Virus record (IMG/VR): IMGVR_UViG_3300002026_000020
From: a virus
Length of the DNA: 64,000 bases
Reading direction: 5' to 3' (one strand)
The translations under genes and the position numbers were made by a program. The notes under the pieces are model-generated. The model was not told the DNA's origin. It did not search any database and saw nothing but the letters and a program-made list of their open reading frames with translations. Below are positions 40,328 to 50,106 of this stretch, in pieces; positions within the stretch are counted from its first letter, which is position 1; every line of letters begins with the position of its first letter.

Positions 40328-41070
40328 ATAACGTTCCAATTGGGCGGGTATATATCGTTGTTCTTGACGCCGAAGCTAGGTGCAAACCAAAGCTTCGGCG
40401 CAATTACTTTATTGCCTGGGCGTTGATTCAAGTGCGCTGCCCACCAAGAGAACGTAGAATTGCATATGATGTTGTGATTGCATAGCATCATACATGCGAA
40501 GTCATCAATCATTCTGCCCTGGTGGAAGTGCATATTTGGTAATCCACCAAGATATCTTCTCGCCAAGTTTATATCATCTGAGAATACTATGAACTTATTA
40601 TTACCAGACAAAGCCATAGCTCTTCTGTAGAAATCCATGTCAGGTCTTGGATACTGGTGTCGAATACCCTCGTAGTCACCGAAGCGAGTATGGATAGTGG
40701 TATACTCGTGAATGTTCTGAATGATATTGACAGGAACCTTTATTCTAAACCAATTGAGAGCATCCTGTCTATCAAAATACTTATAGGTTTGGAAATACCC
40801 CCAACCGGCAATATCTGTATTGTCTTGGATATTCTCAGTCTCGGGGTTATATCCTATATTGTGGTATGGCTCTTGGTAAGAATGAGCCATCTGTCCTTCA
40901 GGGTCAAAGCGCCGGTTAGGATCACTCAAATCAAATATATCATCCCCATCCCACTTCCTCAGACAATATGTAGTGTTGAGCTTCTTGGCTTTTGCTCTCA
41001 TGAATGCATACTGGAACATCTTGTTTCCAAACCGTGCATCCCATAATCCAAATTGACTGAATGTAAGCAT
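40324..41070 (-). CDS. Second GT11 fucosyltransferase-like
   Basis: GNKMFQY, GYFQT, HTRFGDY, FSDD, NSTFSWW. Confidence 0.88.
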   Translation of the reverse strand: MLTFSQFGLWDARFGNKMFQYAFMRAKAKKLNTTYCLRKWDGDDIFDLSDPNRRFDPEGQMAHSYQEPYHNIGYNPETENIQDNTDIAGWGYFQTYKYFDRQDALNWFRIKVPVNIIQNIHEYTTIHTRFGDYEGIRHQYPRPDMDFYRRAMALSGNNKFIVFSDDINLARRYLGGLPNMHFHQGRMIDDFACMMLCNHNIICNSTFSWWAAHLNQRPGNKVIAPKLWFAPSFGVKNNDIYPPNWNVI

Positions 41071-41071
41071 A

Positions 41072-41752
41072 TTACTTTATATCCGTTGGAAATTCATTTC
41101 TTTTTTGTGTTGCTAACTCAAACCCTGTGACAGTATATATCTTCTTGAACTGAACACAGAACATGAGAAGGTTGTCTATGGCAAACTCAAACGCCTTGTG
41201 GCGCTGTTTGACAATCTCTCCAAGGCGACAGTTGAAGTGGTTATACATGTTTATAGTATCACAGTTTACTATATAGGCGTGCGTCTCAAAGGGGGTTCCA
41301 TCTCTTCTGGCTAAACCACTGGCATGTTTCTCAACCAGTCTTGCTCTCTCAATACTTGAGTCTGTGAAGTTCCTAAGCCAGAATAGCTCAAACTTGGAAT
41401 TGGATAGTTCCTGCTGAATGCGGGAGAAATGACCGTAGAAGTTCTTATCAAACTCCACATCATCTTCAAGTATCAACACATTTCCACTACTCTTCCCGCT
41501 GATATCTTCCCATATCTTCATATGAGACTGAATGCATCCCCACTGCCCTTTATTACCGTCAAATCTCACCCCATGAACTTCTTTTGGAACCTCATGATCT
41601 TTTGGATAAACAGCTTCGACACGAATGATACGGGTATCTTTTATATCTACGCCAATCTTAGCCAACTCGGTTTCAAGCGACTTTTGGCGCTCTGGACGAG
41701 TAGAAGAGTTTATATAATAGATAACATCAACAAACTCAAATATATTATTCAT
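41072..41752 (-). CDS. GT25 glycosyltransferase
   Basis: YYIN..ER, GCIQSH, ILEDD, HAYIV, ID. Confidence 0.82.
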   Translation of the reverse strand: MNNIFEFVDVIYYINSSTRPERQKSLETELAKIGVDIKDTRIIRVEAVYPKDHEVPKEVHGVRFDGNKGQWGCIQSHMKIWEDISGKSSGNVLILEDDVEFDKNFYGHFSRIQQELSNSKFELFWLRNFTDSSIERARLVEKHASGLARRDGTPFETHAYIVNCDTINMYNHFNCRLGEIVKQRHKAFEFAIDNLLMFCVQFKKIYTVTGFELATQKRNEFPTDIK

Positions 41753-42489
41753 ACATACTTTCGTATTTCGTTGAACGGAATAAGAATGCGCCTCACGCCT
41801 TTCCCGTAAACTTTTCCGTTGTGGTCAATCTGTGGCTTTCTATCCTCGTCGCTTGTAGTATTTGGAACGTCGAGCATTGCTGTGCAATCCCAAGTTTCCT
41901 TGATGAACGGGAATCCCTGCCGTGGGAACTTACCGCCTATGATACACCTACGAGTATAATCACAGTGTTCATACCCGTAGCCTATGTAGTCAGGGTCCAG
42001 AGCGCCAACAGTTGCCAGCGTATCCTTAGTAATTGACATTATCTGCGCAACGTGCGTATACTCGTATATGACGGTTCCAGAAGGATATTGAACAACCTTC
42101 TTAGGATTCTTCTCGTTATCCGATACCCACTTTGGGCAGTAATTGAACAGACCTATTCCAGACTCTTTGTGAACATTGATGTATAGAGAATCCCAGCCCT
42201 TTTTAGTAGGCTTGAAGTCATCCTCAAACAAGAATACATGGTCACACTCCTGAAGGTTCATGAGTGCTATGCTCTTGTTGATTGATATACCGACATTCTT
42301 ATGAGCTATGAGGTTCATCAACTGACCTACACGCTCATAACCAGCGGTGTTTGGCTGGTCAAGTGAACATACGAGCTTATAGTCATACTTGTCTTTATCA
42401 AGTGTTGCTGCGATAGCTTCAGCAACTTCGGTAGCGGCTGCCGCTCTATTGTATGTTATCAGACCTATGCCGATAAGTGGCTTACCCAT
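41749..42489 (-). CDS. GT2-like glycosyltransferase
   Basis: GLITYNR, NK, FEDD, YGYEHCDYTRR. Confidence 0.78.
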   Translation of the reverse strand: MGKPLIGIGLITYNRAAAATEVAEAIAATLDKDKYDYKLVCSLDQPNTAGYERVGQLMNLIAHKNVGISINKSIALMNLQECDHVFLFEDDFKPTKKGWDSLYINVHKESGIGLFNYCPKWVSDNEKNPKKVVQYPSGTVIYEYTHVAQIMSITKDTLATVGALDPDYIGYGYEHCDYTRRCIIGGKFPRQGFPFIKETWDCTAMLDVPNTTSDEDRKPQIDHNGKVYGKGVRRILIPFNEIRKYV

Positions 42490-42664
42490 TCTTCACTTCC
42501 TCCAATTCAGTCTCTTCAGCCTGAAGTGATACTTCGACGTTTTGAGTCAACGCCAAGCTCACATCCACAACCTTCTTGCCTGTCTTCTTCTCAATAAAGC
42601 GAACAAGAAGCTTCTTCAAATCTTCTTCAGTTACAACTACTTTTGGGTTGTTGATGATCTTCAT
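42482..42664 (-). CDS. Small hypothetical protein
   Basis: Translationally coupled between two GT genes; GGAG RBS. Confidence 0.6.
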   Translation of the reverse strand: MKIINNPKVVVTEEDLKKLLVRFIEKKTGKKVVDVSLALTQNVEVSLQAEETELEEVKNG

Positions 42665-43392
42665 TAGTAATCTCCTTCGGGAAATGGTACGAATATCTTA
42701 TTAGGATTGAAGTCAAGATAGACTTTATTAGCCTCGTCAGAGTATTGCTTTCTTAGAGTGTTATTATAACATGGTTCCACATTCATTTCTTCGATGAAGA
42801 TATCCATGTCAAATATATGTGGGTGGATGTTGTGGTGTGCGGGTTGACACAAGCCAGCACCCTTGCAGCGTCTTGTATAATCCGCATGCTCAAATCCAAA
42901 CTTACCATAACGCATATCAAATGCACCAACCTTCTCAATAACTTCATTCGTCATCACCATCAACTGAGCGGTATTCTTCTTATAGAAGCCAATCGTAAGA
43001 TTTTGCGTTCTCGCTATTTTATAAAGGTCTGTTCTATGGTCAAGTCTGATATAGTTGAAATGCTTCATTCCCGTCTCTTGAATAGCAGTCAAAAACAACT
43101 CTATCCAGCCACTCCTACGGATAAGAATGTCATCCTCAAATATAAATACTAGATTGTTGTCTTTCAACTTGCTCAAAACACGGTTCTTATTAGCGGCTAC
43201 GCCACCGTTCGCATGGAAGATTGGCACGAAACCGGAAGGAATTTTACCAGCATAACTACCATCGGCTTCGTGGTCAACTGAACACACCAAGCTATAGTTA
43301 TGCCCCACCGTCAAAGATTTTAATATACTTGCGCAAACCTGTTGACACTCGTTTGGTCGCTTATAACTTGTTACTCCTATGCCTATATCCAT
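42664..43392 (-). CDS. GT2-like glycosyltransferase (paralog of 41749-42489)
   Basis: GVTSYKR, NKN, FEDD, FGFEHADYTRR. Confidence 0.78.
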   Translation of the reverse strand: MDIGIGVTSYKRPNECQQVCASILKSLTVGHNYSLVCSVDHEADGSYAGKIPSGFVPIFHANGGVAANKNRVLSKLKDNNLVFIFEDDILIRRSGWIELFLTAIQETGMKHFNYIRLDHRTDLYKIARTQNLTIGFYKKNTAQLMVMTNEVIEKVGAFDMRYGKFGFEHADYTRRCKGAGLCQPAHHNIHPHIFDMDIFIEEMNVEPCYNNTLRKQYSDEANKVYLDFNPNKIFVPFPEGDY

Positions 43393-43445
43393 AATACCCC
43401 TTGACTTTGTAAAAATGTGGCTAAACTGTTACCATTGGAGGCAAC

Positions 43446-44033
43446 ATGCGAATCGTTAGGTCTTCCCTTCTTATTATAGCATCTTCTTTGTTTAGTTTAC
43501 CGCTTGCGGCACCTGAACCGGGATACACTGTTTACGGGGTCGCACCGAGGTATGAGATGATGACCACCAAGTTCATCCCGAAGAATGAACCCATAGTTGC
43601 AGCCCCCATAGAACCGGTGGTTGAAGAGCCAAAGGGTCGCTGGGTTTGGGCTAAGGTGACAGCATATAGCCCTCATGTTCGTTCATGCGGTAAGTGGTCA
43701 AAGCTTGGTCTGACTTCAACTGGTGTTCAAGTGCGCAGCCCGGATCCCGATGACGCTTATGGAATTGCAGCAAACCCAAAAGTTATACCATATGGAAGCT
43801 TCATATACGTTGAAGAATATCATTCAATGTTACAAAACAATAATAAGTTTATACCAACAACAGTGGAGAGCGTTGATGATACTGGCGGCGGCATGCGGCA
43901 ATTTACCCCATATTGGAAAATTGTAAATGGTAATAGGGTCTTTATAACATGTCATATAGATGTTAGATTTAGAAACCAATCAACTGCTCAGAAATGGGGA
44001 GTAAAGTATTTACAAATTTTCATTTACGAGTGA
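43446..44033 (+). CDS. Secreted 3D-domain (lytic transglycosylase-like) protein
   Basis: Hydrophobic signal peptide; VTAY, TSTG, IAANP..IPYGS, DDTGG, HIDV. Confidence 0.8.
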   Translation: MRIVRSSLLIIASSLFSLPLAAPEPGYTVYGVAPRYEMMTTKFIPKNEPIVAAPIEPVVEEPKGRWVWAKVTAYSPHVRSCGKWSKLGLTSTGVQVRSPDPDDAYGIAANPKVIPYGSFIYVEEYHSMLQNNNKFIPTTVESVDDTGGGMRQFTPYWKIVNGNRVFITCHIDVRFRNQSTAQKWGVKYLQIFIYE

Positions 44034-44732
44034 GTCACCTTTGGATAAATTATCAAACTGCCAAAGTGGCTGGAGATTTGTATAGTGAAAACATAATTTT
44101 TGATGCTCGGTGTTAGTCATATCAAAAGACGCACATGGTATTACATGGTCTATATGCCACTTATCATTACCAATCCCGTGGTTTTCCCAAGTCATACCTT
44201 CCACAAACTTTGACTCAAGATAAGTTTTTAGGAACTCTACACTGCACCCCAACAACGATAACATAGTTTTAGACCTATAATTACGAGATACCACTTCATT
44301 CAGTCTGCTTCTGAGGCGCATTCGTATACGAAAATTTATATCGGTTTTATATCTTTCTCTTCTTTTTTCGTTTATTTTATTCTTATTTTGCCGAACCCAT
44401 ACTTTTTTACTATGTTGAATGTTTACATTATTATTTCTGTAAGAAGTGTTACATAATTTACAATAATTATTTTTGCCATGCTTGTGTTTTGCATTATTAC
44501 CAAAGCATTCAAGTGACTTTAGCTCACCACATCTTCCACATTTCTTCTTCAATTCGCCGTTTACAACTTCATCATATACTATATTTTTATTTAGACAATT
44601 CTTACAAGTTCCCCTAAGACCATCCCATTTGGTATTCTGCTTTGAATAATTGTTTAGAGATTTCCACGCTTGACAATGACTACATAGTTTACACTCTACA
44701 TCGTTTATGATAGTATGCTCGATTTTCTTCAT
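44010..44732 (-). CDS. HNH-type homing endonuclease with Zn-finger repeats
   Basis: CxxC repeats; WHIDHVIP..HYTNLQPLW..NLSKG; AT-rich. Confidence 0.82.
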   Translation of the reverse strand: MKKIEHTIINDVECKLCSHCQAWKSLNNYSKQNTKWDGLRGTCKNCLNKNIVYDEVVNGELKKKCGRCGELKSLECFGNNAKHKHGKNNYCKLCNTSYRNNNVNIQHSKKVWVRQNKNKINEKRRERYKTDINFRIRMRLRSRLNEVVSRNYRSKTMLSLLGCSVEFLKTYLESKFVEGMTWENHGIGNDKWHIDHVIPCASFDMTNTEHQKLCFHYTNLQPLWQFDNLSKGDSLVNENL

Positions 44733-44825
44733 AGTTGCTCCTTATTATAGCACATTTATTTATATACCATACGAAAAACAAATAATTACTGTATAATATA
44801 AATAATGAAGAATGATGGAGTAACA

Positions 44826-46307
44826 ATGCAGACTAAGAAATACCTCACTGAAGTATTTAGAACTTATTACGATGGGTCTAACCTTATTGAGTTGGCGCAC
44901 CTTATAGAAGCCTGGGCAGCTTCTACAACCGCTCTTTATGAGCGTTGGAAGCGTCCTGACCGTGGCAACATGAAGGAACTCAAGGTTCGTAATCGTCGCT
45001 ACCACTACGAGAAGGCAACCGAGAACTCGAAGTTCGGACCCGAGTGGATACTTCACGGGGGTCGTGGCGCTCGTTATGGTTTATTCCGTGGTGTCAACGA
45101 CGAATTCATACCGCTCAACCTCAAGACCCGCAAGGTTGTCGCTAAGGCAGGCACCTTCAAGGCTACTGAGGGCGGCTTGGTCTGGTCAAGAGAGTTGTCA
45201 TACCTTGATAAGATAATAACAAGCATCAACGAAACAGAAAACCTCGTAGAAGGTGGAAACGCCGCTGAAGCCCTTCTCCCAAAGCTTCAGGCAACAACTG
45301 GAAACGCCAATCTGAAGTATTCTAAGATACCTCAGTCAGAACTCGGAGCCGTGTTCCGTGAAATAGTAGAACCTATAATTCTCGAACTTGCCGATGCTGG
45401 TCTTATTGACAAGAACTACAAGACCGAGTTTGGTCTTGGTTCAACCCGCCTCGCAGCGAAGATAGTTGGATATGATGTCAAGGTATACAAGTCAGAAACT
45501 CCAGAGTCAATCGCCAAAGCAACCATGATGAAGAAGAATTTTGGCGACCTTGATATTGACGTTGTTCTCACACAGGGCACAAAGATAGCTGACGTTGGAA
45601 AGTTCCTCGAAAGCAAGCACCCTGAGAAGTATGCCTTCAAGCTTGGAAACAAAGAGATAAACGTGGCAGCAGTTCTCGACGGAAATAATGTCGTTCAGAT
45701 CGACATTGTTGACGTATCCAGTGAGAAGGAAGATATGATGTTCATGCAGAGCAGCAGCATCGTTGATATCTCCGCAGGAGTCAAGGGAGCCATTCAGAAG
45801 TGGCTCATCCGTGCCGTTCTCTCTGTCAAGGATATAACACCAGCACATCAGAAGCTTATCGCCCAGGCACTCAAAAAGAATCCAGAGTATCTGAAGTGGG
45901 CAAAGCAGGGCTACACACCAAACAAAGAAGGTGAGCCAGATAAACAGATTGGGCGTTACTCGCTCTCTACAGCAGGCGGTATATATCTCGTATTCGACAT
46001 ATACAAGCCAGGAGTCAAAAACAAGAAGCTCATCAAGGTTCAGGAAGAGCCTGTTGCACGCTTCTCAAACCTTCCAGAACTCATCAACTTCATTTTGCCA
46101 GGAGCAGATGAAGACGTAGCAAACTCGGCTGTCAAGATGGCTGAGTATGTTCGTGAGAACTTCGACGGTGATGATGTTGATAAGATTTGGAACGCATTCG
46201 TAGAATCCATGGCTAATCAAACCGGAGCAATGGATCCAGCAGACTACAACGCTGGTATGGCTAAGATGGCTGAGATGTTCGGTAAACCATGGAAAGCTGG
46301 AGAATAA
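44826..46307 (+). CDS. Late protein with Pol-beta-superfamily nucleotidyltransferase motifs
   Basis: LGS..GDLDID..VQID; TATAAATA at 44797 and GGAG place the start at 44826. Confidence 0.65.
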   Translation: MQTKKYLTEVFRTYYDGSNLIELAHLIEAWAASTTALYERWKRPDRGNMKELKVRNRRYHYEKATENSKFGPEWILHGGRGARYGLFRGVNDEFIPLNLKTRKVVAKAGTFKATEGGLVWSRELSYLDKIITSINETENLVEGGNAAEALLPKLQATTGNANLKYSKIPQSELGAVFREIVEPIILELADAGLIDKNYKTEFGLGSTRLAAKIVGYDVKVYKSETPESIAKATMMKKNFGDLDIDVVLTQGTKIADVGKFLESKHPEKYAFKLGNKEINVAAVLDGNNVVQIDIVDVSSEKEDMMFMQSSSIVDISAGVKGAIQKWLIRAVLSVKDITPAHQKLIAQALKKNPEYLKWAKQGYTPNKEGEPDKQIGRYSLSTAGGIYLVFDIYKPGVKNKKLIKVQEEPVARFSNLPELINFILPGADEDVANSAVKMAEYVRENFDGDDVDKIWNAFVESMANQTGAMDPADYNAGMAKMAEMFGKPWKAGE

Positions 46308-46310
46308 GAT

Positions 46311-49300
46311 ATGCCAAGAGAAGGAATAGGTAGGTTCGCTGGTAAGAACGAATTCTCCGATGTTGAGTTCTTGGAAATATTCAAGGAGCTTCTACCACAC
46401 GTTCAGAGTGGTGAGATTAACCTTGACTCTATAAAGAACATAGACATGGTTGAAAAGATGGATTCATCGTTCATCCACTTCGGTATTAACGCAGCAGGCG
46501 CATTCTTCATGGAGTCATCAAACTCTGGCGAAGTAACCGCAGCCGATTACGAGCAACGCTTCAGTCACACATTCATGTCAGACTACAAGGTTGCCTTCAA
46601 GTCTCTCTTGGAGAACAAACTGTTGCAGTCAACCCTTCAGAAGATATTCAGCAAGGTTGGCGCAATTCGTTACGACTCCGAATTGTTTCCGGTTCTCACC
46701 CATACTGGTGACGAGTCTGGTTACATAACCTTCGTAGCAACCAAGTATGACAAGTCAAAGTTCGGCTCTAAGGGCGCACTTGTTGTATTCAAGTCATGGA
46801 TAAAAGACGAAAACGCTCAGTGGACCAGACCAGAGCCAACCGCAAACCTCAAGCTCATTGGAGCTATTGAACATGCGGATTCTTCTGAATGGAGAATCTA
46901 CACCAACGAAAAGCACGCAAAGCTCTCGGGAGTTGTTCAGCTAAAGGCTCTCAACGTTGATAAGATGTTATCATCGCCAGAAGCCATTGACGAAGCCATT
47001 CAGGTTCTCTCTGCCAGAGGCAGCAGCACTATCAAGGCACACTTGAAGAATGTTATCAGTGACCTGAAAGAGAAGCTACAGGGTGTTCTCGACAAGTATG
47101 CAGAAGAAACATCATCCATATTCAGCAAGCACGATTCACCATCGTCAATCGAAGGTGTCGTTCTTCGCATCAAGAAGGCTAATGGAGATATCTTCGAAGT
47201 CAAGGGAACCTCAAACGCATTCGACACTCTCAAGAAGCAGACCTGGGCTACCCGTAGCGGTCTTGCCGAGCTTGAATCTGTAACCGAAGGATCGTTCCTC
47301 AAGGATGCACTTGGATTGAAGACATCACAGGCTGCCGCTCTCAACCGTGCCATCAAGGATTTCGGTGCGAAGTTTACCAGTAAGGAAAAGAATCCAGAGA
47401 AGCGTGAGAACCAGTTCCTCATGCAGTTGTTCGATGAAATGAAGAATACTGAAGCTATGGTTCCTCCTGAAGAAACCAAGAAGCGTGTTGAGCAGATATT
47501 CGACGTTGCCAAGACGCAGCTTGAGAATATCATTGACGAGTTTAAGTCGCAGAAGCTTGACCCTGACAGCAAGCGCAAGTCGCTTGAAGCCATCAAGAGC
47601 ATCATCGACAAGTTTGATACCATTGAGAAGACCATTCATATGGATATGCCAGATGATGCCTTCCAGTTGTATATGTTCAAGTTCTTGCTTGACCGTAGAC
47701 TGAAGATGTATGCTGGTAAGCATATGAACGTTGCTGAGAGAGACTACAGCAGCTTCTACCAGGGTGCTACACCCGTTATTATCTGGAACGGAAGAGCGCA
47801 GCCTTGGCACGTTGGTCATGACGCTATGATTCAGTTGGCTAAGACCAAGATGGAATCGTTGGGCGCTCAAAAGATACTTATCATGGTTGTCAAGGGTGGC
47901 AAGTCTTCGCTCAACAAGGAAGAGAATCCATTGACAGAGAAAGACCAGAAGGCACTTATAGAAGCTGTCTACGCTGGTGATTCTGACGTTGTGGTATCGG
48001 ATACTCCGCTGCCAAATGGAAGCGTATTCGCAATCATTCAGAAGCTTGGTGAGCAGAACATGTATATGGTCGGCTGGCTTGCTGGTGATGACCGTATTGA
48101 AGATTACCGTAAGGAGCTTACTCGCTTCAACGCATCGGTATGGTTGAATGACCACGCTGGATTGCCAATCAAGGTTGACAGCAAGGGTGTAGCTCAAGTC
48201 GAAATGATTGAGACACCACGAGTCATGAGTGGAACCAAAGCAAGAGAATCGGCTAAGACTCTCGACTTCAAGGCATGGGGTCAGCTTGTCATTCCTAAGC
48301 ACGCTCAGAAGAACAAGGCTGCTATTGGAATCTATAAGCAGGTTTACGAGTTGCTGAACTCTGCCAAGCAGGAATCGGTTGTCTATGGGATGGTCAAGAG
48401 AATGTTTTTGACTGAGTTGACAGCCGACAATCCAGAGATGCACTTGAAGAGACTTGAGAAATACATAACAGACTATGAGAATGCTCCAGCCGATAAGAAA
48501 GAGCAGATCATGGGTCGTATAAAGCAGATGTCGGGACCGCTCGACACTATCGACGCTGAAGATATGAAGAAGTTTACTCCTGAGATGCAGGCTAAAGTAA
48601 CTGATTTGAAGGCTAAAGTCAAGGAGTTGGAATCACCAGCATCGGCAAACGCTGGGGATAAGATATCCGGTCCTGAAGCTGCTAAGAATATCGGAACTGA
48701 CCAGAAGCCTTTGGGGATTGCTGGTCCAGAAGCGGAACCAAAGGCAGATCCGAAGGATGAACCTAAGCCAGAAGCGGTAGATAAGAAGAAAGAATTTGAA
48801 GCATATGTAAAGAAGATACCAAAATATGCGGCTGCTTCGGATCCTGAGAGACTGAAAAAGTTCCTACACGCATCGCTTGGTGTGTTATCTGGAGCCTTGG
48901 TATGGGCGATGAAGGCTGAGAATGAAAAAGGCGGGTCCGCTGCCGATGTATTCTTCAGTAAGGTTTCCGAAAAATGGACAGCTATATGGGATAAAATAAA
49001 GAAGGGTAGAGTAGCCGCTGATGAAATAAATCAGATGATAAAGTCTGCCGCTGATGATATGGGTGAGAACATGCAATCGTATCTTGAGCTTAAAAAGTCT
49101 GCCATGGATATTATGAATAAGCATAAGCTTGCAGACAAGTTTGAGCAGTATGCAAATCAAAGAAGAATATCTGCTGCTAAACATGACAGCGGCGGTAAGA
49201 TGCAGAAGGGATTAGATGAAACAAAGTATATGTTCTTGTTGAATCACATTAGAATATTTGCTTCTGTAGAAGGTTTGGACGAGAGTATAAAAGGTGGATT

Positions 49301-49535
49301 GAAGAACATTATGGCTAAATATAAAGGAAAGCCATCGGATGCTAAAAAAGCTACCACCGAGATAATTGACTCTCTCGGAAAAATGGATTTGCCATATGAT
49401 GTTATTAGACAAGCCTTGGATAATAACCCAGGCATGGCTCCAAAGGAACTAAAGAGCATAATAGAAAAGGCGATTGCCAATAGTAAGAATACTAAGACAC
49501 AACCTCAAAACACCAATACCAAACCAACCCCCTAA
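46311..49535 (+). CDS. Multidomain protein: ligase-like nucleotidyltransferase + HxGH (NMNAT/cytidylyltransferase-like) domain + helical tail
   Basis: EKMDSS (motif I-like), DSELF, EGVVLR, FEVK; GRAQPWHVGH, ENPL, AGDDR, MSGTKARE. Confidence 0.7.
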   Translation: MPREGIGRFAGKNEFSDVEFLEIFKELLPHVQSGEINLDSIKNIDMVEKMDSSFIHFGINAAGAFFMESSNSGEVTAADYEQRFSHTFMSDYKVAFKSLLENKLLQSTLQKIFSKVGAIRYDSELFPVLTHTGDESGYITFVATKYDKSKFGSKGALVVFKSWIKDENAQWTRPEPTANLKLIGAIEHADSSEWRIYTNEKHAKLSGVVQLKALNVDKMLSSPEAIDEAIQVLSARGSSTIKAHLKNVISDLKEKLQGVLDKYAEETSSIFSKHDSPSSIEGVVLRIKKANGDIFEVKGTSNAFDTLKKQTWATRSGLAELESVTEGSFLKDALGLKTSQAAALNRAIKDFGAKFTSKEKNPEKRENQFLMQLFDEMKNTEAMVPPEETKKRVEQIFDVAKTQLENIIDEFKSQKLDPDSKRKSLEAIKSIIDKFDTIEKTIHMDMPDDAFQLYMFKFLLDRRLKMYAGKHMNVAERDYSSFYQGATPVIIWNGRAQPWHVGHDAMIQLAKTKMESLGAQKILIMVVKGGKSSLNKEENPLTEKDQKALIEAVYAGDSDVVVSDTPLPNGSVFAIIQKLGEQNMYMVGWLAGDDRIEDYRKELTRFNASVWLNDHAGLPIKVDSKGVAQVEMIETPRVMSGTKARESAKTLDFKAWGQLVIPKHAQKNKAAIGIYKQVYELLNSAKQESVVYGMVKRMFLTELTADNPEMHLKRLEKYITDYENAPADKKEQIMGRIKQMSGPLDTIDAEDMKKFTPEMQAKVTDLKAKVKELESPASANAGDKISGPEAAKNIGTDQKPLGIAGPEAEPKADPKDEPKPEAVDKKKEFEAYVKKIPKYAAASDPERLKKFLHASLGVLSGALVWAMKAENEKGGSAADVFFSKVSEKWTAIWDKIKKGRVAADEINQMIKSAADDMGENMQSYLELKKSAMDIMNKHKLADKFEQYANQRRISAAKHDSGGKMQKGLDETKYMFLLNHIRIFASVEGLDESIKGGLKNIMAKYKGKPSDAKKATTEIIDSLGKMDLPYDVIRQALDNNPGMAPKELKSIIEKAIANSKNTKTQPQNTNTKPTP

Positions 49536-49550
49536 AATACTGGAGAATAT

Positions 49551-49919
49551 ATGGCTGATAGATTAGAGAAACTTCCGGAGGATGCTGATGATGCTTTGAA
49601 CGCTTTTATAGCGCAAGAAGCTCAATTTTTTAGTGAGTTGGCAAAGTGTGTAGAAAAAGCCAATGGTATTTTGAAAGGGGTTGCTGGCGATGCTGCTCGT
49701 GATAAAAATGTAACGTATGTTTCACGTCAAGATTACAAGGATTTCTTCAATCTAAACGATGAAGTTATAGACGCTTGGATAAAGTATGCAACTGATGTTC
49801 TTGGTAGAGAAGAATTGGTGAGGGGAATAGAAAAGATAAAAGGATCCTGGCTAAAGAAGGGTAAGAGTGGAAACGCTACAACCAACGATGCTGTGTCAAA
49901 CGCAAACAAAACAAACTAA
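49551..49919 (+). CDS. Hypothetical protein
   Basis: GGAG RBS, in operon. Confidence 0.65.
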   Translation: MADRLEKLPEDADDALNAFIAQEAQFFSELAKCVEKANGILKGVAGDAARDKNVTYVSRQDYKDFFNLNDEVIDAWIKYATDVLGREELVRGIEKIKGSWLKKGKSGNATTNDAVSNANKTN

Positions 49920-49931
49920 GAGTTTATCTAA

Positions 49932-50105
49932 ATGATAATCAAACGCTTTATAAATGGCAAGCCTGTAGAAGAGACGGTGGAGAAAAACCAGCCGTTACCT
50001 TCTGTTATTCCAAAGAAAGCAAAGACCACTCAAACTCCGCCAAAGCCACGCCCAATTCCACCATCAGCCCCACAGAAACGTGGCGGCTGCGGGTGTGGGA
50101 GATAA
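49932..50105 (+). CDS. Small Pro/Lys-rich protein ending GGCGCGR (57 aa, below ORF-track cut-off)
   Basis: ATG 49932 to TAA 50105 fills the gap between neighbouring genes. Confidence 0.55.
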   Translation: MIIKRFINGKPVEETVEKNQPLPSVIPKKAKTTQTPPKPRPIPPSAPQKRGGCGCGR

Positions 50106-50106
50106 T

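Noticed and set aside
44826-46307. CBASS CD-NTase call
   Set aside because: Only the generic GS..DxD..D motif is visible and there is no effector gene; insufficient support.
47325-48443. 372-aa antisense ORF (also 47000-47635 and 55554-56444)
   Set aside because: Shadows of long, codon-biased plus-strand genes; no RBS or recognisable motifs.
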